Source of the DNA: an uncultured Acidobacteriaceae bacterium
GTDB taxonomy: Bacteria > Acidobacteriota > Terriglobia > Terriglobales > Acidobacteriaceae
Assembly: GCA_963785825.1 (NCBI GenBank)
Contig: CAWAWQ010000002.1
Coordinates: forward strand, 242,192-306,191
Reading direction: 5' to 3'
DNA length: 64,000 nucleotides
Below, one piece after another: positions 37,774 to 46,686 of this stretch. A program made the translations under genes and the position numbers. Position 1 is the first letter of the stretch, and each line of letters starts with the position of its first letter. A model generated the notes under the pieces. That model was given only the letters and a program-made list of their open reading frames with translations, was not told where the DNA came from and did no database searches.

Positions 37774-38480
37774 AGCCGATGTTGCTGATCGCCGCAAATT
37801 TTCTGCGCCAACATCGCTGGCCGGTGCTGATCATGTTCGCCTGGATTGTCCTGACGGCGCTGGCTGCCGGCGGCTTCGGCAGGGACCGTGTGGTTGCCGA
37901 CGACGTAGTGTTCTACGTGGAACAACAGGCAATTTACATCTGTGTTTTCAGCGCTTTCCTGGCCGCTGACGCCATCCATAACGAACGCAAATCGCGCCGC
38001 ATCCTGCTGGTGCTTTCAAAAGCGGTAAGCCTGTGGGAATACCTGCTGGCAATATTAGTGGGGACCTGGACGATGGCGATCGCCTACACCCTACTGTTCG
38101 GATTGTGTGGCGTGTGGCTTACCGCTCGCGCCACCGTGTCCAGCGGACCCATATGGTCGATGGTGCTTCTGGTGGCGGCTGGTTCCGCTCTGGCCGCCAG
38201 CGTGGCGTTGTTTTTCTCGACGTTCCTCAATCCCTACGTTGCGGTCGCGTTGACGTTCGGTTTTTTTGCAGCGCCCGGATTAATGCATGCCCAGCAGCAC
38301 TCCTGGTCTTTCTGGTTCCCGGGATTGCCCCTGCTGGTGGAGGTTGTGCACTTCAGCTTTCGTTCTGGATGGAGTGCAGGCGCAAGCGTGATGACGATCG
38401 CGATCCTGCAATCGGTGCTGTTCTGGATGTTGGCGGCGGTGGTCTTCAACCGCAGGGATATCGCTGTTCCAGTCGAGTGA
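37770..38480 (+). CDS. ABC-2-type transporter permease
   Basis: GTGA overlap with the ATPase stop (alternative ATG at 37779). About 6 hydrophobic helices. Confidence 0.6.
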   Translation: MKPMLLIAANFLRQHRWPVLIMFAWIVLTALAAGGFGRDRVVADDVVFYVEQQAIYICVFSAFLAADAIHNERKSRRILLVLSKAVSLWEYLLAILVGTWTMAIAYTLLFGLCGVWLTARATVSSGPIWSMVLLVAAGSALAASVALFFSTFLNPYVAVALTFGFFAAPGLMHAQQHSWSFWFPGLPLLVEVVHFSFRSGWSAGASVMTIAILQSVLFWMLAAVVFNRRDIAVPVE

Positions 38481-38501
38481 CCCCGCCGCCGGATCAGTTT
38501 A

Positions 38502-39005
38502 TTACGGCCGGACTGGAGGGACGGCAGTGTCGGGCAAAGCTCCTGGGGATTGGTTCCCCTCGGCGCTGTTCTGCATCAGTCGCGTCAGCAAAGCGATCTC
38601 TGACTGCGCCACCGTAACATGATGACGCGCATCCTGCGGGACCCGCGGGTCGCGGCCCAGCAGATATAGCAACTGCATCAGTTCCTGTAATTTGTTATTG
38701 GCGGAATCGAGGGCGCTTTCGGTTTTCCAATCGGCGGGAGCCGTCCTGTGGACGAATGGGTGACTGCTATCCCGGCCGCAAGTGAATTGCTGCGGTTGTG
38801 ATCCTAATGAAGTGATTGGGTTGCCAGCGTCGGAGTCATGGTATTGTGCCTGATTCAATCGTCTTCCCTCATGAAAATGCATCATTAAGAATTCCTTCCG
38901 TTGAAAGAAAGCTGTGGTTCCGAGAATACGGCGCATCTGTCCCTCGACAGTGCTGTGCAATTGGCTTGGAAGGCTGATCAGGATGTCTAGCAAAGACGCG
39001 CGCAA
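38502..39005 (-). CDS. Hypothetical protein (uncertain)
   Basis: 167-aa ORF in an AT-richer stretch with no recognised domain. An overlapping upstream 86-aa ORF (38987-39247) carries a signal-peptide-like N-terminus in another frame. Confidence 0.3.
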   Translation of the reverse strand: MRASLLDILISLPSQLHSTVEGQMRRILGTTAFFQRKEFLMMHFHEGRRLNQAQYHDSDAGNPITSLGSQPQQFTCGRDSSHPFVHRTAPADWKTESALDSANNKLQELMQLLYLLGRDPRVPQDARHHVTVAQSEIALLTRLMQNSAEGNQSPGALPDTAVPPVRP

Positions 39006-39303
39006 TTCAGCTCAATCCGGTTTCCCGACCGTGCGGTGTGCGCGTTCGTTGCTGCTAAAGAGAAAGAAGAAAGCAAAGATGGACACGCTACAAACGAAGT
39101 GCTAGCAACTGCAGTGCACGGAACCAGGTTCGTTCGTGAATGATGACGTCCGGCGTGTCCGCTGGCGGCCAGCAGGGGAGAGCAGAAAATCGATACCACG
39201 GCGGCGATCACCACAAAAGCGACGAAACTATGCCGGCGAAAAGTCATGCGGTTTCGATTGTCCCATCACTTGGGAGTCGATTCAACCCACAAGCGGTTCA
39301 AGG

Positions 39304-40737
39304 CTACTTCAGCAGGTCCTGCGCACTCTGGATCGCATAATCGAGCACGCGGCCCGGCAGCACGCCAAGATAAATGGTGGCGACGAGGCTGATCGCCAGC
39401 CCGACTCCCAGTCCTGCCGGGATGCGGGCCACGGGAGCTTCCACCCGTTCGTCGCGCATGTACATATAGACGATGACCCGCAGGTAATAGTAAGCAGCGA
39501 TGGCGCTGTTAATCACGCCGATGATGGTGAGTCCGACCAGGTTCGATTGCAGCGCTGCCGAGAAGACATAGAATTTGGCAAAGAACCCGCCGGTGACGGG
39601 GATGCCGATCAGCGATAGCAAAAAAATGGTGAGAATTGCGGCCAGCAACGGCGAACGACGTCCCAGCCCGGCGTAGTCGTCCAGGGTAACGTATTTCTCT
39701 TCGGCGGAGGCGAAGTGGCTGACTACGGCGAACGCTCCGACGTTCATTGCTGCATACGATGCTGCATAGAAGATCGCAGCAGAGATACCAACCTCCCTGG
39801 CTGCGGCGAAGGCGACCAGCAGATAACCGGCGTGCGCGATGGACGAGTATGCCAGCAGCCGTTTGACGTTCTGCTGCACCAGCGCGCCGATGTTGCCCAG
39901 CGTCATCGAAAGGACGGCGGAGACCCAGACTATCCAGAACCAGCCGGGCGCATCAGTGGCAAACAGTACTCGCAGCAGCACTGCGAATGCGGCCGCCTTG
40001 GGACCGCTGGACATCAGTGCCACAACCGGTGCAGGCGAACCCTCATAGACATCCGGAGTCCAGACATGGAAGGGAGCCGACCCCACCTTAAAGCCCAGAC
40101 CGACGAACATCAGTCCCACTGCGAGATAGGCCAGAACCGAAGGCTGTCCCTGAAGATACCGGGCAATCCCGTACACGTTGGTCGTTCCAGTCGCGCCGAA
40201 GATTAAGGCCACGCCGTACAAGAAGAACGCCGTGGCGAAGGAGCCCAGCAGAAAATATTTGAGCGAGGCCTCGGCGCTCTCGGCGGCTCGCCGCCGCATA
40301 CCGGCAAGTATGTAGGTGGAGATGGAGGAAATTTCCAGCGCGATGAAGACCAATACCAACTCGACGGCGGCCGACATCAGCATCATGCCGACGGTACCGA
40401 AGAGGATAAGGCCATAGTATTCGCCGGAGCGAATGCGCTGCACTTCGAGGTATTCGAATGAAGTCAGGATAACAACCAGTGCGACCAGCAGCACCACGAC
40501 GTGGAAGAAGACACTGAAAGTATCGACACTGATGGTGTTAAAGAATGCGCTGCCGTAGTAATTGGTCTGGTAAACAGTGGCAATGAGTCCGAGGAGCGTA
40601 CCAATGACGGCAATGATGCCCAGCGGCTTCTTGGGGCTTTGCTCAGGGAGCAACGGATCCACCAGCATCACAAGGATGCCGAAAACACTCAGTACCAGCT
40701 CAGGGAGGATGCGGATGTAGTCGACGCCGGGGATCAT
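39304..40737 (-). CDS. nuoN: NADH-quinone oxidoreductase subunit N
   Basis: 477 aa, polytopic, antiporter-like. ATGA overlap with the nuoM stop. Confidence 0.93.
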   Translation of the reverse strand: MIPGVDYIRILPELVLSVFGILVMLVDPLLPEQSPKKPLGIIAVIGTLLGLIATVYQTNYYGSAFFNTISVDTFSVFFHVVVLLVALVVILTSFEYLEVQRIRSGEYYGLILFGTVGMMLMSAAVELVLVFIALEISSISTYILAGMRRRAAESAEASLKYFLLGSFATAFFLYGVALIFGATGTTNVYGIARYLQGQPSVLAYLAVGLMFVGLGFKVGSAPFHVWTPDVYEGSPAPVVALMSSGPKAAAFAVLLRVLFATDAPGWFWIVWVSAVLSMTLGNIGALVQQNVKRLLAYSSIAHAGYLLVAFAAAREVGISAAIFYAASYAAMNVGAFAVVSHFASAEEKYVTLDDYAGLGRRSPLLAAILTIFLLSLIGIPVTGGFFAKFYVFSAALQSNLVGLTIIGVINSAIAAYYYLRVIVYMYMRDERVEAPVARIPAGLGVGLAISLVATIYLGVLPGRVLDYAIQSAQDLLK

Positions 40738-42467
40738 CGTCCAATCACCTCCGCCGATTTGTTCACAGCGGCAGATGACAGGTCGATAGTGGAAGCGCCG
40801 GGCTTCAGCGATGGGTTCGTATCGACGGTGAAAGCGCCGGGCTTTAGCCCGGCGAAAATAGGTCCTTTCAAAAACGGCTTTAGCCGCGGCGGACCGGGTC
40901 TAAAGCCCAAGTCAGATTGCGGCATTGCGGCACGGCTAAAGCCGTGCCCTTCCACCGGCAAGCTCGCAGCAGCCTGCAGCGGAGCCGAAAATTGCTTCAG
41001 CGCGGCAGCAACAGCGGGATCGATGGAGTGCAGCCACAGCATGGGGGCGACGCCCATCACCAGCGCCGCAATCGCAGTCGGCCACAAGGAAACCCGCTCG
41101 CGCGCATCCAGGTCGCGCAAAGACTGGTTCGCCGGATTCGTCACGTTCCCGTAGAAGACTCGCTGATACATCCAGAGCAGGTAGCAGGCGCTCCAGATCA
41201 CGCCGGTCGCGGCCAGAATTCCATAAAGTTGCTTCGCCTGGAATGCGCCACTCAGCACCATGAACTCGCCGATGAAGCCATTCAGCAAGGGCAGCCCAAC
41301 TGACGAGAGCATGATGAAGGCAAAGAACGTCGCATACACCGGCATGGGCGTCGCCAACCCGCCGTATTCCGTGATGTCGTAGGTGTGACGGCGTTCGTAA
41401 ACGATCCCCAGCAGCATGAACAGCGCGCCGGTGGAGACGCCGTGGCTCAGCATCTGGAACACGGCGCCGTCGACTCCGATCTGGGTGAAGCTGAAGATAC
41501 CGAGCACGACAAAACCCAGGTGGCTGACCGACGTGTAAGCGACGAGCCGTTTGATGTTCGGTTGGATCATCGCGACCAGCGAGCCATAGATGATGCCGAT
41601 GATGGCGAGCGCGATGATCCACGGGGCGTTGCGGCGCGCCTGCTCGGGAAAGAGTCCGAGATTGAAGCGCAGCAAACCGTAGGTGCCCATCTTCAGCAGC
41701 ACGCCGGCCAGCAGCACCGATCCCGCCGTCGGCGCTTCCACGTGGGCGTCAGGCAGCCAGGTGTGGACCGGGAACAGCGGCACCTTTACTGCGAAGGCGA
41801 CGAAGAATCCCAGGAACAGCCACAGGGCGGCCTGCCCGAATCCGCTGACTTGCCCGGTCTGGATCGCGCTTTGAATGGCGACGAAATCGAAGCTGCCGGT
41901 GCGCGCGTACAGCCAGATGATCGCCGCCAGCATAAACATCGAGGCAATCATGGTGTAGAGGAAAAACTTCACCGCCGCATAAATTTTTCGCCCATGGCCA
42001 TACATGCCGATCAGCAGCGCCATGGGAATCAGCGTGGCTTCCCAGAAGAAGTAGAAGAGGAAGAGATCGAGCGCCACGAAAACGCCGATCATCGCCGTCT
42101 CCAGCACCAGCATCAGGATGAAGAATTCCTTCACCCGGTCGCCGATCGATTTCCATGAGATCAGCACGCACAGCGGCACCAGGAACGTGGTCAGGATGAC
42201 CAGCCACAGCGAGATGCCATCCACGCCGAGGTGATAGTGGATATTCGGATGGGGAATCCAGGGAGCGTTCTCTTCGAACTGGAAGCCGTTCTGGCCGCGG
42301 ACGAAGTACCAGGGCAGGTGCAGGGAAGCGAGCAGCGTGACCAGGGAGACGGCCAGCGCGAAGTAGCGAATGTCACGATGGCGGCGGGGGAAAAACGCGA
42401 GCAGAATCGCGCCGGCAAGCGGGAGAAAAACAACGATGGTGAGGATGTTGTCGTTGATGAATTTCAT
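40734..42467 (-). CDS. nuoM: NADH-quinone oxidoreductase subunit M with repeat-derived C-terminal extension
   Basis: Starts [19 protein letters not shown] (ATGA overlap with the nuoL stop). The last ~75 codons translate MITE hairpin modules (EGHGFSRA..LKPGA..). Confidence 0.9.
   Translation of the reverse strand: MKFINDNILTIVVFLPLAGAILLAFFPRRHRDIRYFALAVSLVTLLASLHLPWYFVRGQNGFQFEENAPWIPHPNIHYHLGVDGISLWLVILTTFLVPLCVLISWKSIGDRVKEFFILMLVLETAMIGVFVALDLFLFYFFWEATLIPMALLIGMYGHGRKIYAAVKFFLYTMIASMFMLAAIIWLYARTGSFDFVAIQSAIQTGQVSGFGQAALWLFLGFFVAFAVKVPLFPVHTWLPDAHVEAPTAGSVLLAGVLLKMGTYGLLRFNLGLFPEQARRNAPWIIALAIIGIIYGSLVAMIQPNIKRLVAYTSVSHLGFVVLGIFSFTQIGVDGAVFQMLSHGVSTGALFMLLGIVYERRHTYDITEYGGLATPMPVYATFFAFIMLSSVGLPLLNGFIGEFMVLSGAFQAKQLYGILAATGVIWSACYLLWMYQRVFYGNVTNPANQSLRDLDARERVSLWPTAIAALVMGVAPMLWLHSIDPAVAAALKQFSAPLQAAASLPVEGHGFSRAAMPQSDLGFRPGPPRLKPFLKGPIFAGLKPGAFTVDTNPSLKPGASTIDLSSAAVNKSAEVIGR
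40790..40950. repeat. MITE-type hairpin modules embedded in the nuoM 3' coding region
   Basis: CGCCGGGCTTTAGCCCGGCG (40832-40851), cggctttagccg, and GGCACGGCTAAAGCCGTGCC (40928-40947). The last is identical to the module at 8312-8331. Confidence 0.75.
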
Positions 42468-44518
42468 CGCACGCCCCTCCACACCATGAAGGCGATGACG
42501 ACGGCCGCCCCTGCGGCAACCCATCCCGCATAGGAGCGAATATTGCCCGATTGCATGTGGCGCATCGCGTCCGAGGTCTCTTGTGCCCGAGCAGCGCCTC
42601 CGTCGACGGCGCCATCGATCAGCCCGCGATCAATGCCTTTCCAGAAGACGCTGGTCGAGAGCGCAATCAGGGGATGGATAATGACCGCACCATAGAGTTC
42701 GTCAACCTTGTACTTTTCCAGAACAAAGGTATAGAGGCCGCCCGCAGACTTGGCCATTCGCGCAGGCAACTCGGGCCGCTTGTAGTACAAGTACCAGGCG
42801 AGCAGGAATCCCAACACAGCAACTGCAACCGAGATCGCGCTGAACATCAGCTCCGTGCTGGGGCCTGCTGTCTCCGGCTCGGCCGCGTTGGCAGGTCCAG
42901 CATTTTCCGCGCCGACTGCATGGAACACCGGCGAGAGGAATGCGTCGAAGCGATCCGAGCCATGTAGAGAGTGCGGCACCCCGACCCAGCCGCCAGCTAA
43001 CGAGAGCAGGGCCAGGATCATCAGCGGCACCACCATCACCCATGGGCTTTCATGGGGGGCGCCGTGGCCGTGACTACCGCCTGCTGCGTGGGCGTCCTGC
43101 GCATCGTGAATTGCGCCGGTGCGGCCTGCATGCTGGGCATCGGTGTCGTGATTATGCCCTGCGGTCTCAGGGTTCGGCCCGCGGTAGTCGCCGAAGAAGG
43201 TCAGGAACCAGAGCCGGAACATGTAGAACGAGGTCATGCCGGCGGTGATCACGCCGATTAACCACAGAACGTGAGCACCGCTGCTCCAGGTCGACCACAG
43301 GATGCGGTCCTTGGAGAAAAACCCGGAGAACGGCGGTAGTCCCGAAATCGCGAACGTCGCAACCGTCATGCACCAGAAGGTGTAAGGAAGATACTTTCGC
43401 AGACCGCCCATGCGGCGCATGTCCTGTTCCCCGCCGAGGCCGTGAATCACCGACCCGGCGGCCAGAAACAACAGCCCCTTGAAGAAGGCATGGGTCATCA
43501 GGTGAAAGATGCCGCCGACGTAATCCGCGACGCCGCAGGCCATGAACATGTAGCCAAGCTGGGATATGGTCGAGTAGGCCAGCACCTTCTTAATGTCCGT
43601 CTGCACAATGCCGATGGAGGCGGCAAAGATCGCAGTCAGCGTCCCGATTATCGCCACCGCCATGAGTGCATCGGGGGCCCGGTGGAAGATGGGACTGGAG
43701 CGCGCCACCATGTAAACGCCTGCCGTCACCATGGTCGCGGCGTGGATCAGGGCGGAGACGGGCGTGGGGCCTTCCATAGCGTCGGGCAGCCAGACGTAAA
43801 GCGGAATCTGCGCCGACTTTCCGGTCGCGCCCACCAGCATCAGCAGGCCGATCGCGGTCAGTAAGCCAGCGCCGGCAGTTTCAATTGGATATTGGCTGAG
43901 GAGTTTCCACAGGCTGTCATACTGCAGTGTGCGGAAGTGCTTGATCAGCAGAAACAGCGCAATGAGGAAACCGAAATCGCCAACACGGTTGGTGATGAAT
44001 GCTTTCTTGCCCGCGTCGGCGGCGGTCTTCTTCAGGAACCAGAAGCCGATCAGCAGATACGACGCCAGTCCTACGCCTTCCCAGCCGACGAACATTAGCA
44101 AGTAGTTGTTCGCCAGCACCAGCGTCAGCATGAAGAACATGAAGATGTTCAAGTAGGCGAAGTAGCGGTAGTAGCCGCCTTCGTGCTCCATGTAACCGAC
44201 GGAGTAAATGTGGATGAGGAACCCGACGCCGGTTACCACCAGCATCATGATCAACGAAAGCTGGTCGAGATAGATGCCATACTCCGCCGAGAACGAGCCC
44301 GCCTTTAACCATGTGGCATAGCGCTCGATGTGCGGGATCTGCTCAGGCGTCAAGCCGGCGAACTGGGCCGCAACCCACAAGGCCATTCCGAACGACGCCG
44401 CCGTGGAGCCCAGCGCGATGGTGTTGACCAGCGCCTTGGGAAAGCGCTTGCCCAGCAAACCGTTGATCGCGGCGCCCGCCAGCGGGAGTAGCGGGATGAT
44501 CCAAAGGTGCATGCTCAT
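42464..44518 (-). CDS. nuoL: NADH-quinone oxidoreductase subunit L
   Basis: 684 aa with '[15 protein letters not shown]' and 'HESPW', and a long C-terminal amphipathic helix region. Confidence 0.93.
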   Translation of the reverse strand: MSMHLWIIPLLPLAGAAINGLLGKRFPKALVNTIALGSTAASFGMALWVAAQFAGLTPEQIPHIERYATWLKAGSFSAEYGIYLDQLSLIMMLVVTGVGFLIHIYSVGYMEHEGGYYRYFAYLNIFMFFMLTLVLANNYLLMFVGWEGVGLASYLLIGFWFLKKTAADAGKKAFITNRVGDFGFLIALFLLIKHFRTLQYDSLWKLLSQYPIETAGAGLLTAIGLLMLVGATGKSAQIPLYVWLPDAMEGPTPVSALIHAATMVTAGVYMVARSSPIFHRAPDALMAVAIIGTLTAIFAASIGIVQTDIKKVLAYSTISQLGYMFMACGVADYVGGIFHLMTHAFFKGLLFLAAGSVIHGLGGEQDMRRMGGLRKYLPYTFWCMTVATFAISGLPPFSGFFSKDRILWSTWSSGAHVLWLIGVITAGMTSFYMFRLWFLTFFGDYRGPNPETAGHNHDTDAQHAGRTGAIHDAQDAHAAGGSHGHGAPHESPWVMVVPLMILALLSLAGGWVGVPHSLHGSDRFDAFLSPVFHAVGAENAGPANAAEPETAGPSTELMFSAISVAVAVLGFLLAWYLYYKRPELPARMAKSAGGLYTFVLEKYKVDELYGAVIIHPLIALSTSVFWKGIDRGLIDGAVDGGAARAQETSDAMRHMQSGNIRSYAGWVAAGAAVVIAFMVWRGVR

Positions 44519-44817
44519 AGCTTGAGGAGGTTCACACGATCCACGTTCAACGTTTCGCGCGTACGGAAAACGGCAATGATGATAGCCAGCCCTACCGCCG
44601 CTTCGGCGGCCGCGACCACCATCACGAAGAAAACGAAAATATGGCCGTCCAGCGATTTCAGCTGTGCCGCAAAGGCGACAAATGAAAGATTCACGCCATT
44701 CAACATCAACTCAATCGAAAGAAATATGGTTATGATATTGCGCTTGATCAGAAATCCGGCGACGCCACAGGCGAAGAGAATGGCGCTCAGCACCAGGTAA
44801 TAGGAAAGAGGGACCAT
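44515..44817 (-). CDS. nuoK: NADH-quinone oxidoreductase subunit K
   Basis: 100 aa with 3 TM helices, '[12 protein letters not shown]'. Confidence 0.93.
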   Translation of the reverse strand: MVPLSYYLVLSAILFACGVAGFLIKRNIITIFLSIELMLNGVNLSFVAFAAQLKSLDGHIFVFFVMVVAAAEAAVGLAIIIAVFRTRETLNVDRVNLLKL

Positions 44818-45339
44818 TTATTCCTCCCTCCGCGCCAGCACCACCGCGCCCATGATCGCGACCAGGATCAGCACCGAGGTGACCTCGAAGGGCAGCAGGT
44901 AACCTCGGAACAACAGTTGCCCAACTGCTTGCGGGTTGCCGAACACGTTACCGCCGTTCATGACGGCCGGACCGCCGATGGCGATCCGATCAAGGCCGGT
45001 CAGATGGCTGACCACCGCGGCCGTGATGCCGAAACCTACGATCAGGGCTGGAACGCCGAGGATCATGGCGACGCGGCTACCGTGCGGCAGGCGCTCTTCT
45101 GCGCCGGCATTCAACAGCATGATGACGAAGACGAACAGCACCATCACCGCGCCAGCATAGACAATGACCTGCACGGCGGCGACAAACTCGGCCCCCAGCA
45201 GCAGATACAGCAAGGCCAGCGATCCCATCACCACGATCAGCGACAGCGCGCTGTTGATGGGGTGCTTCTGCACCAGGAGGTTAATGGCGCCTCCTACGCA
45301 GATCGCTCCGAAGATGAAGAACAGCACAAGATGCAACAT
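44818..45339 (-). CDS. nuoJ: NADH-quinone oxidoreductase subunit J
   Basis: 173 aa. 'VYAGAVMVLFVFVIMLL' is typical of NuoJ. Confidence 0.9.
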   Translation of the reverse strand: MLHLVLFFIFGAICVGGAINLLVQKHPINSALSLIVVMGSLALLYLLLGAEFVAAVQVIVYAGAVMVLFVFVIMLLNAGAEERLPHGSRVAMILGVPALIVGFGITAAVVSHLTGLDRIAIGGPAVMNGGNVFGNPQAVGQLLFRGYLLPFEVTSVLILVAIMGAVVLARREE

Positions 45340-45343
45340 GATT

Positions 45344-45441
45344 TTTTGGGCAGTTGGCAGTTAGCATGTGGCAGTTAGCCAAACAGCCGCGGTTGAACTG
45401 TGCTTTTCACCAACTGCTAAATGCTAAATGCCAACTGCTTA
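45344..45441. repeat. Heptamer-array inverted pair filling the whole nuoH-nuoJ intergenic gap
   Basis: The left arm gggcagttggcagttagcatgtggcagttagcc (45348-45380) faces caccaactgctaaatgctaaatgccaactgc (45408-45438). The right arm abuts the nuoH stop codon. Confidence 0.8.
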
Positions 45442-46473
45442 TCGGATCGCCACCACGAAACTCGTCACCACAATATTGGCAATCGCCAGCGGCAGCAAAA
45501 ACTTCCAACCGAAGGCCATGAGCTGGTCGTAGCGGAAGCGCGGCAACGTGCCGCGCACCCAGATATACAGAAACATGAACGCGAAGACGCGCAAGCCAAA
45601 CCAGAACACCGGCAACAATGACTGCAAAAGCGGTGGCCCGAAGGTTGGGCCAGTCCAGCCTCCCAAAAACAGCACCGACGCGAGGCACGCAACCGTGACC
45701 ATGTTGGCATACTCGGCCATAAAGAACATGGCAAACTTCATCGAGCTGTACTCGGTGTGATAGCCGGCGACCAACTCCGTCTCGGCTTCCGGCAAATCGA
45801 AGGGAATGCGGTTCGTCTCGGCATAAGCCGCCATGATGTAAATAAAGAAGGCGACGAACTGTCCCTTGAACAAGTTCCATTTGGGAATAAAGCCAAACCA
45901 GGTGCCCGCCTGCTGGTTGACGATGTCACTAAGACTGAAGCTGCCGGTATAGATCAGAACGCCGATGAGAGACAATCCCAGAGCGACTTCGTAACTTATC
46001 ATCTGTGCGGACGCGCGCAGGCCGCCGAGCATCGAATACTTGCTGTTGGAAGACCAGCCCGCCAAGGCCACGCCGTAGACCCCGACTGAGGTGACACCCA
46101 GAATCACCAGCAGCCCGATATTGACGTCGGCGATTTGCAGGGGGGTGGAGATGCTGCCTATCTTGATCCAAGGACCGATGGGGATGACTGCGATGGAAGT
46201 GAGCGCCGTGGTCACCGCAATGATCGGCGCCAGCAGGTATAAGGGCTTATTAACGTAAGGCGGTGTGAGGTCTTCCTTAAAGATGAACTTTAAGCCATCG
46301 GCCAGCGGCTGCAGCAAGCCGAAGGGTCCCACACGGGTCGGTCCCCAGCGATTCTGCATGTGACCGACGACCTTACGCTCCAGCCAAACGGTGTAGGCAA
46401 CGGCGGTGAGCAGAACAAAGACCGCAATCAGGATCTTGACGATCGAAACCAGGATGTACGTTCCAATGCCCAT
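45439..46473 (-). CDS. nuoH: NADH-quinone oxidoreductase subunit H
   Basis: 344 aa with '[31 protein letters not shown]'. Confidence 0.93.
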   Translation of the reverse strand: MGIGTYILVSIVKILIAVFVLLTAVAYTVWLERKVVGHMQNRWGPTRVGPFGLLQPLADGLKFIFKEDLTPPYVNKPLYLLAPIIAVTTALTSIAVIPIGPWIKIGSISTPLQIADVNIGLLVILGVTSVGVYGVALAGWSSNSKYSMLGGLRASAQMISYEVALGLSLIGVLIYTGSFSLSDIVNQQAGTWFGFIPKWNLFKGQFVAFFIYIMAAYAETNRIPFDLPEAETELVAGYHTEYSSMKFAMFFMAEYANMVTVACLASVLFLGGWTGPTFGPPLLQSLLPVFWFGLRVFAFMFLYIWVRGTLPRFRYDQLMAFGWKFLLPLAIANIVVTSFVVAIR

Positions 46474-46495
46474 TAGGTATTAGTTCTCAGTGAAT

Positions 46496-46520
46496 CGCTA
46501 TTCGCTGTTCGCCTTTTGCC
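46496..46520. repeat. Heptamer array CGCTATT CGCTGTT CGCCTTT
   Basis: Lies 23 nt upstream of the nuoH start. It is nearly identical to the first units of the array at 49086 upstream of nuoG. Confidence 0.7.
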
Positions 46521-46546
46521 AGAGCCGACTCCAACTACTGTCAGAT

Positions 46547-46595
46547 TGTCATCCTGAGCGAAGGCGCGCTTTGCGCGCCGGAGTTGAAGGACCCC
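46547..46595 (+). repeat. MITE-like hairpin element, 'GTCATCCTGAGC...GAAGGACCCC' family
   Basis: Sequence is tgtcatcctgagcgaaggcgcgctttgcgcgccggagttgaaggacccc. Confidence 0.7.
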
Positions 46596-46597
46596 TA

Positions 46598-46686
46598 CCG
46601 CAAACGAAAACCTCAAACGCAAACCGGAAAAACTGGAAATGCGGAACTCTGTAATCCCTGATCCCCGGCCCCTGACCCCTGGTTTT
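46598..46686. repeat. Period-7 arrays (..AAAC/GGAAA units, then AATCCCT GATCCCC GGCCCCT GACCCCT)
   Basis: Read directly. The array ends at the nuoG stop codon (46686), and the CCCCT units match the array at 1564-1598. Confidence 0.65.
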
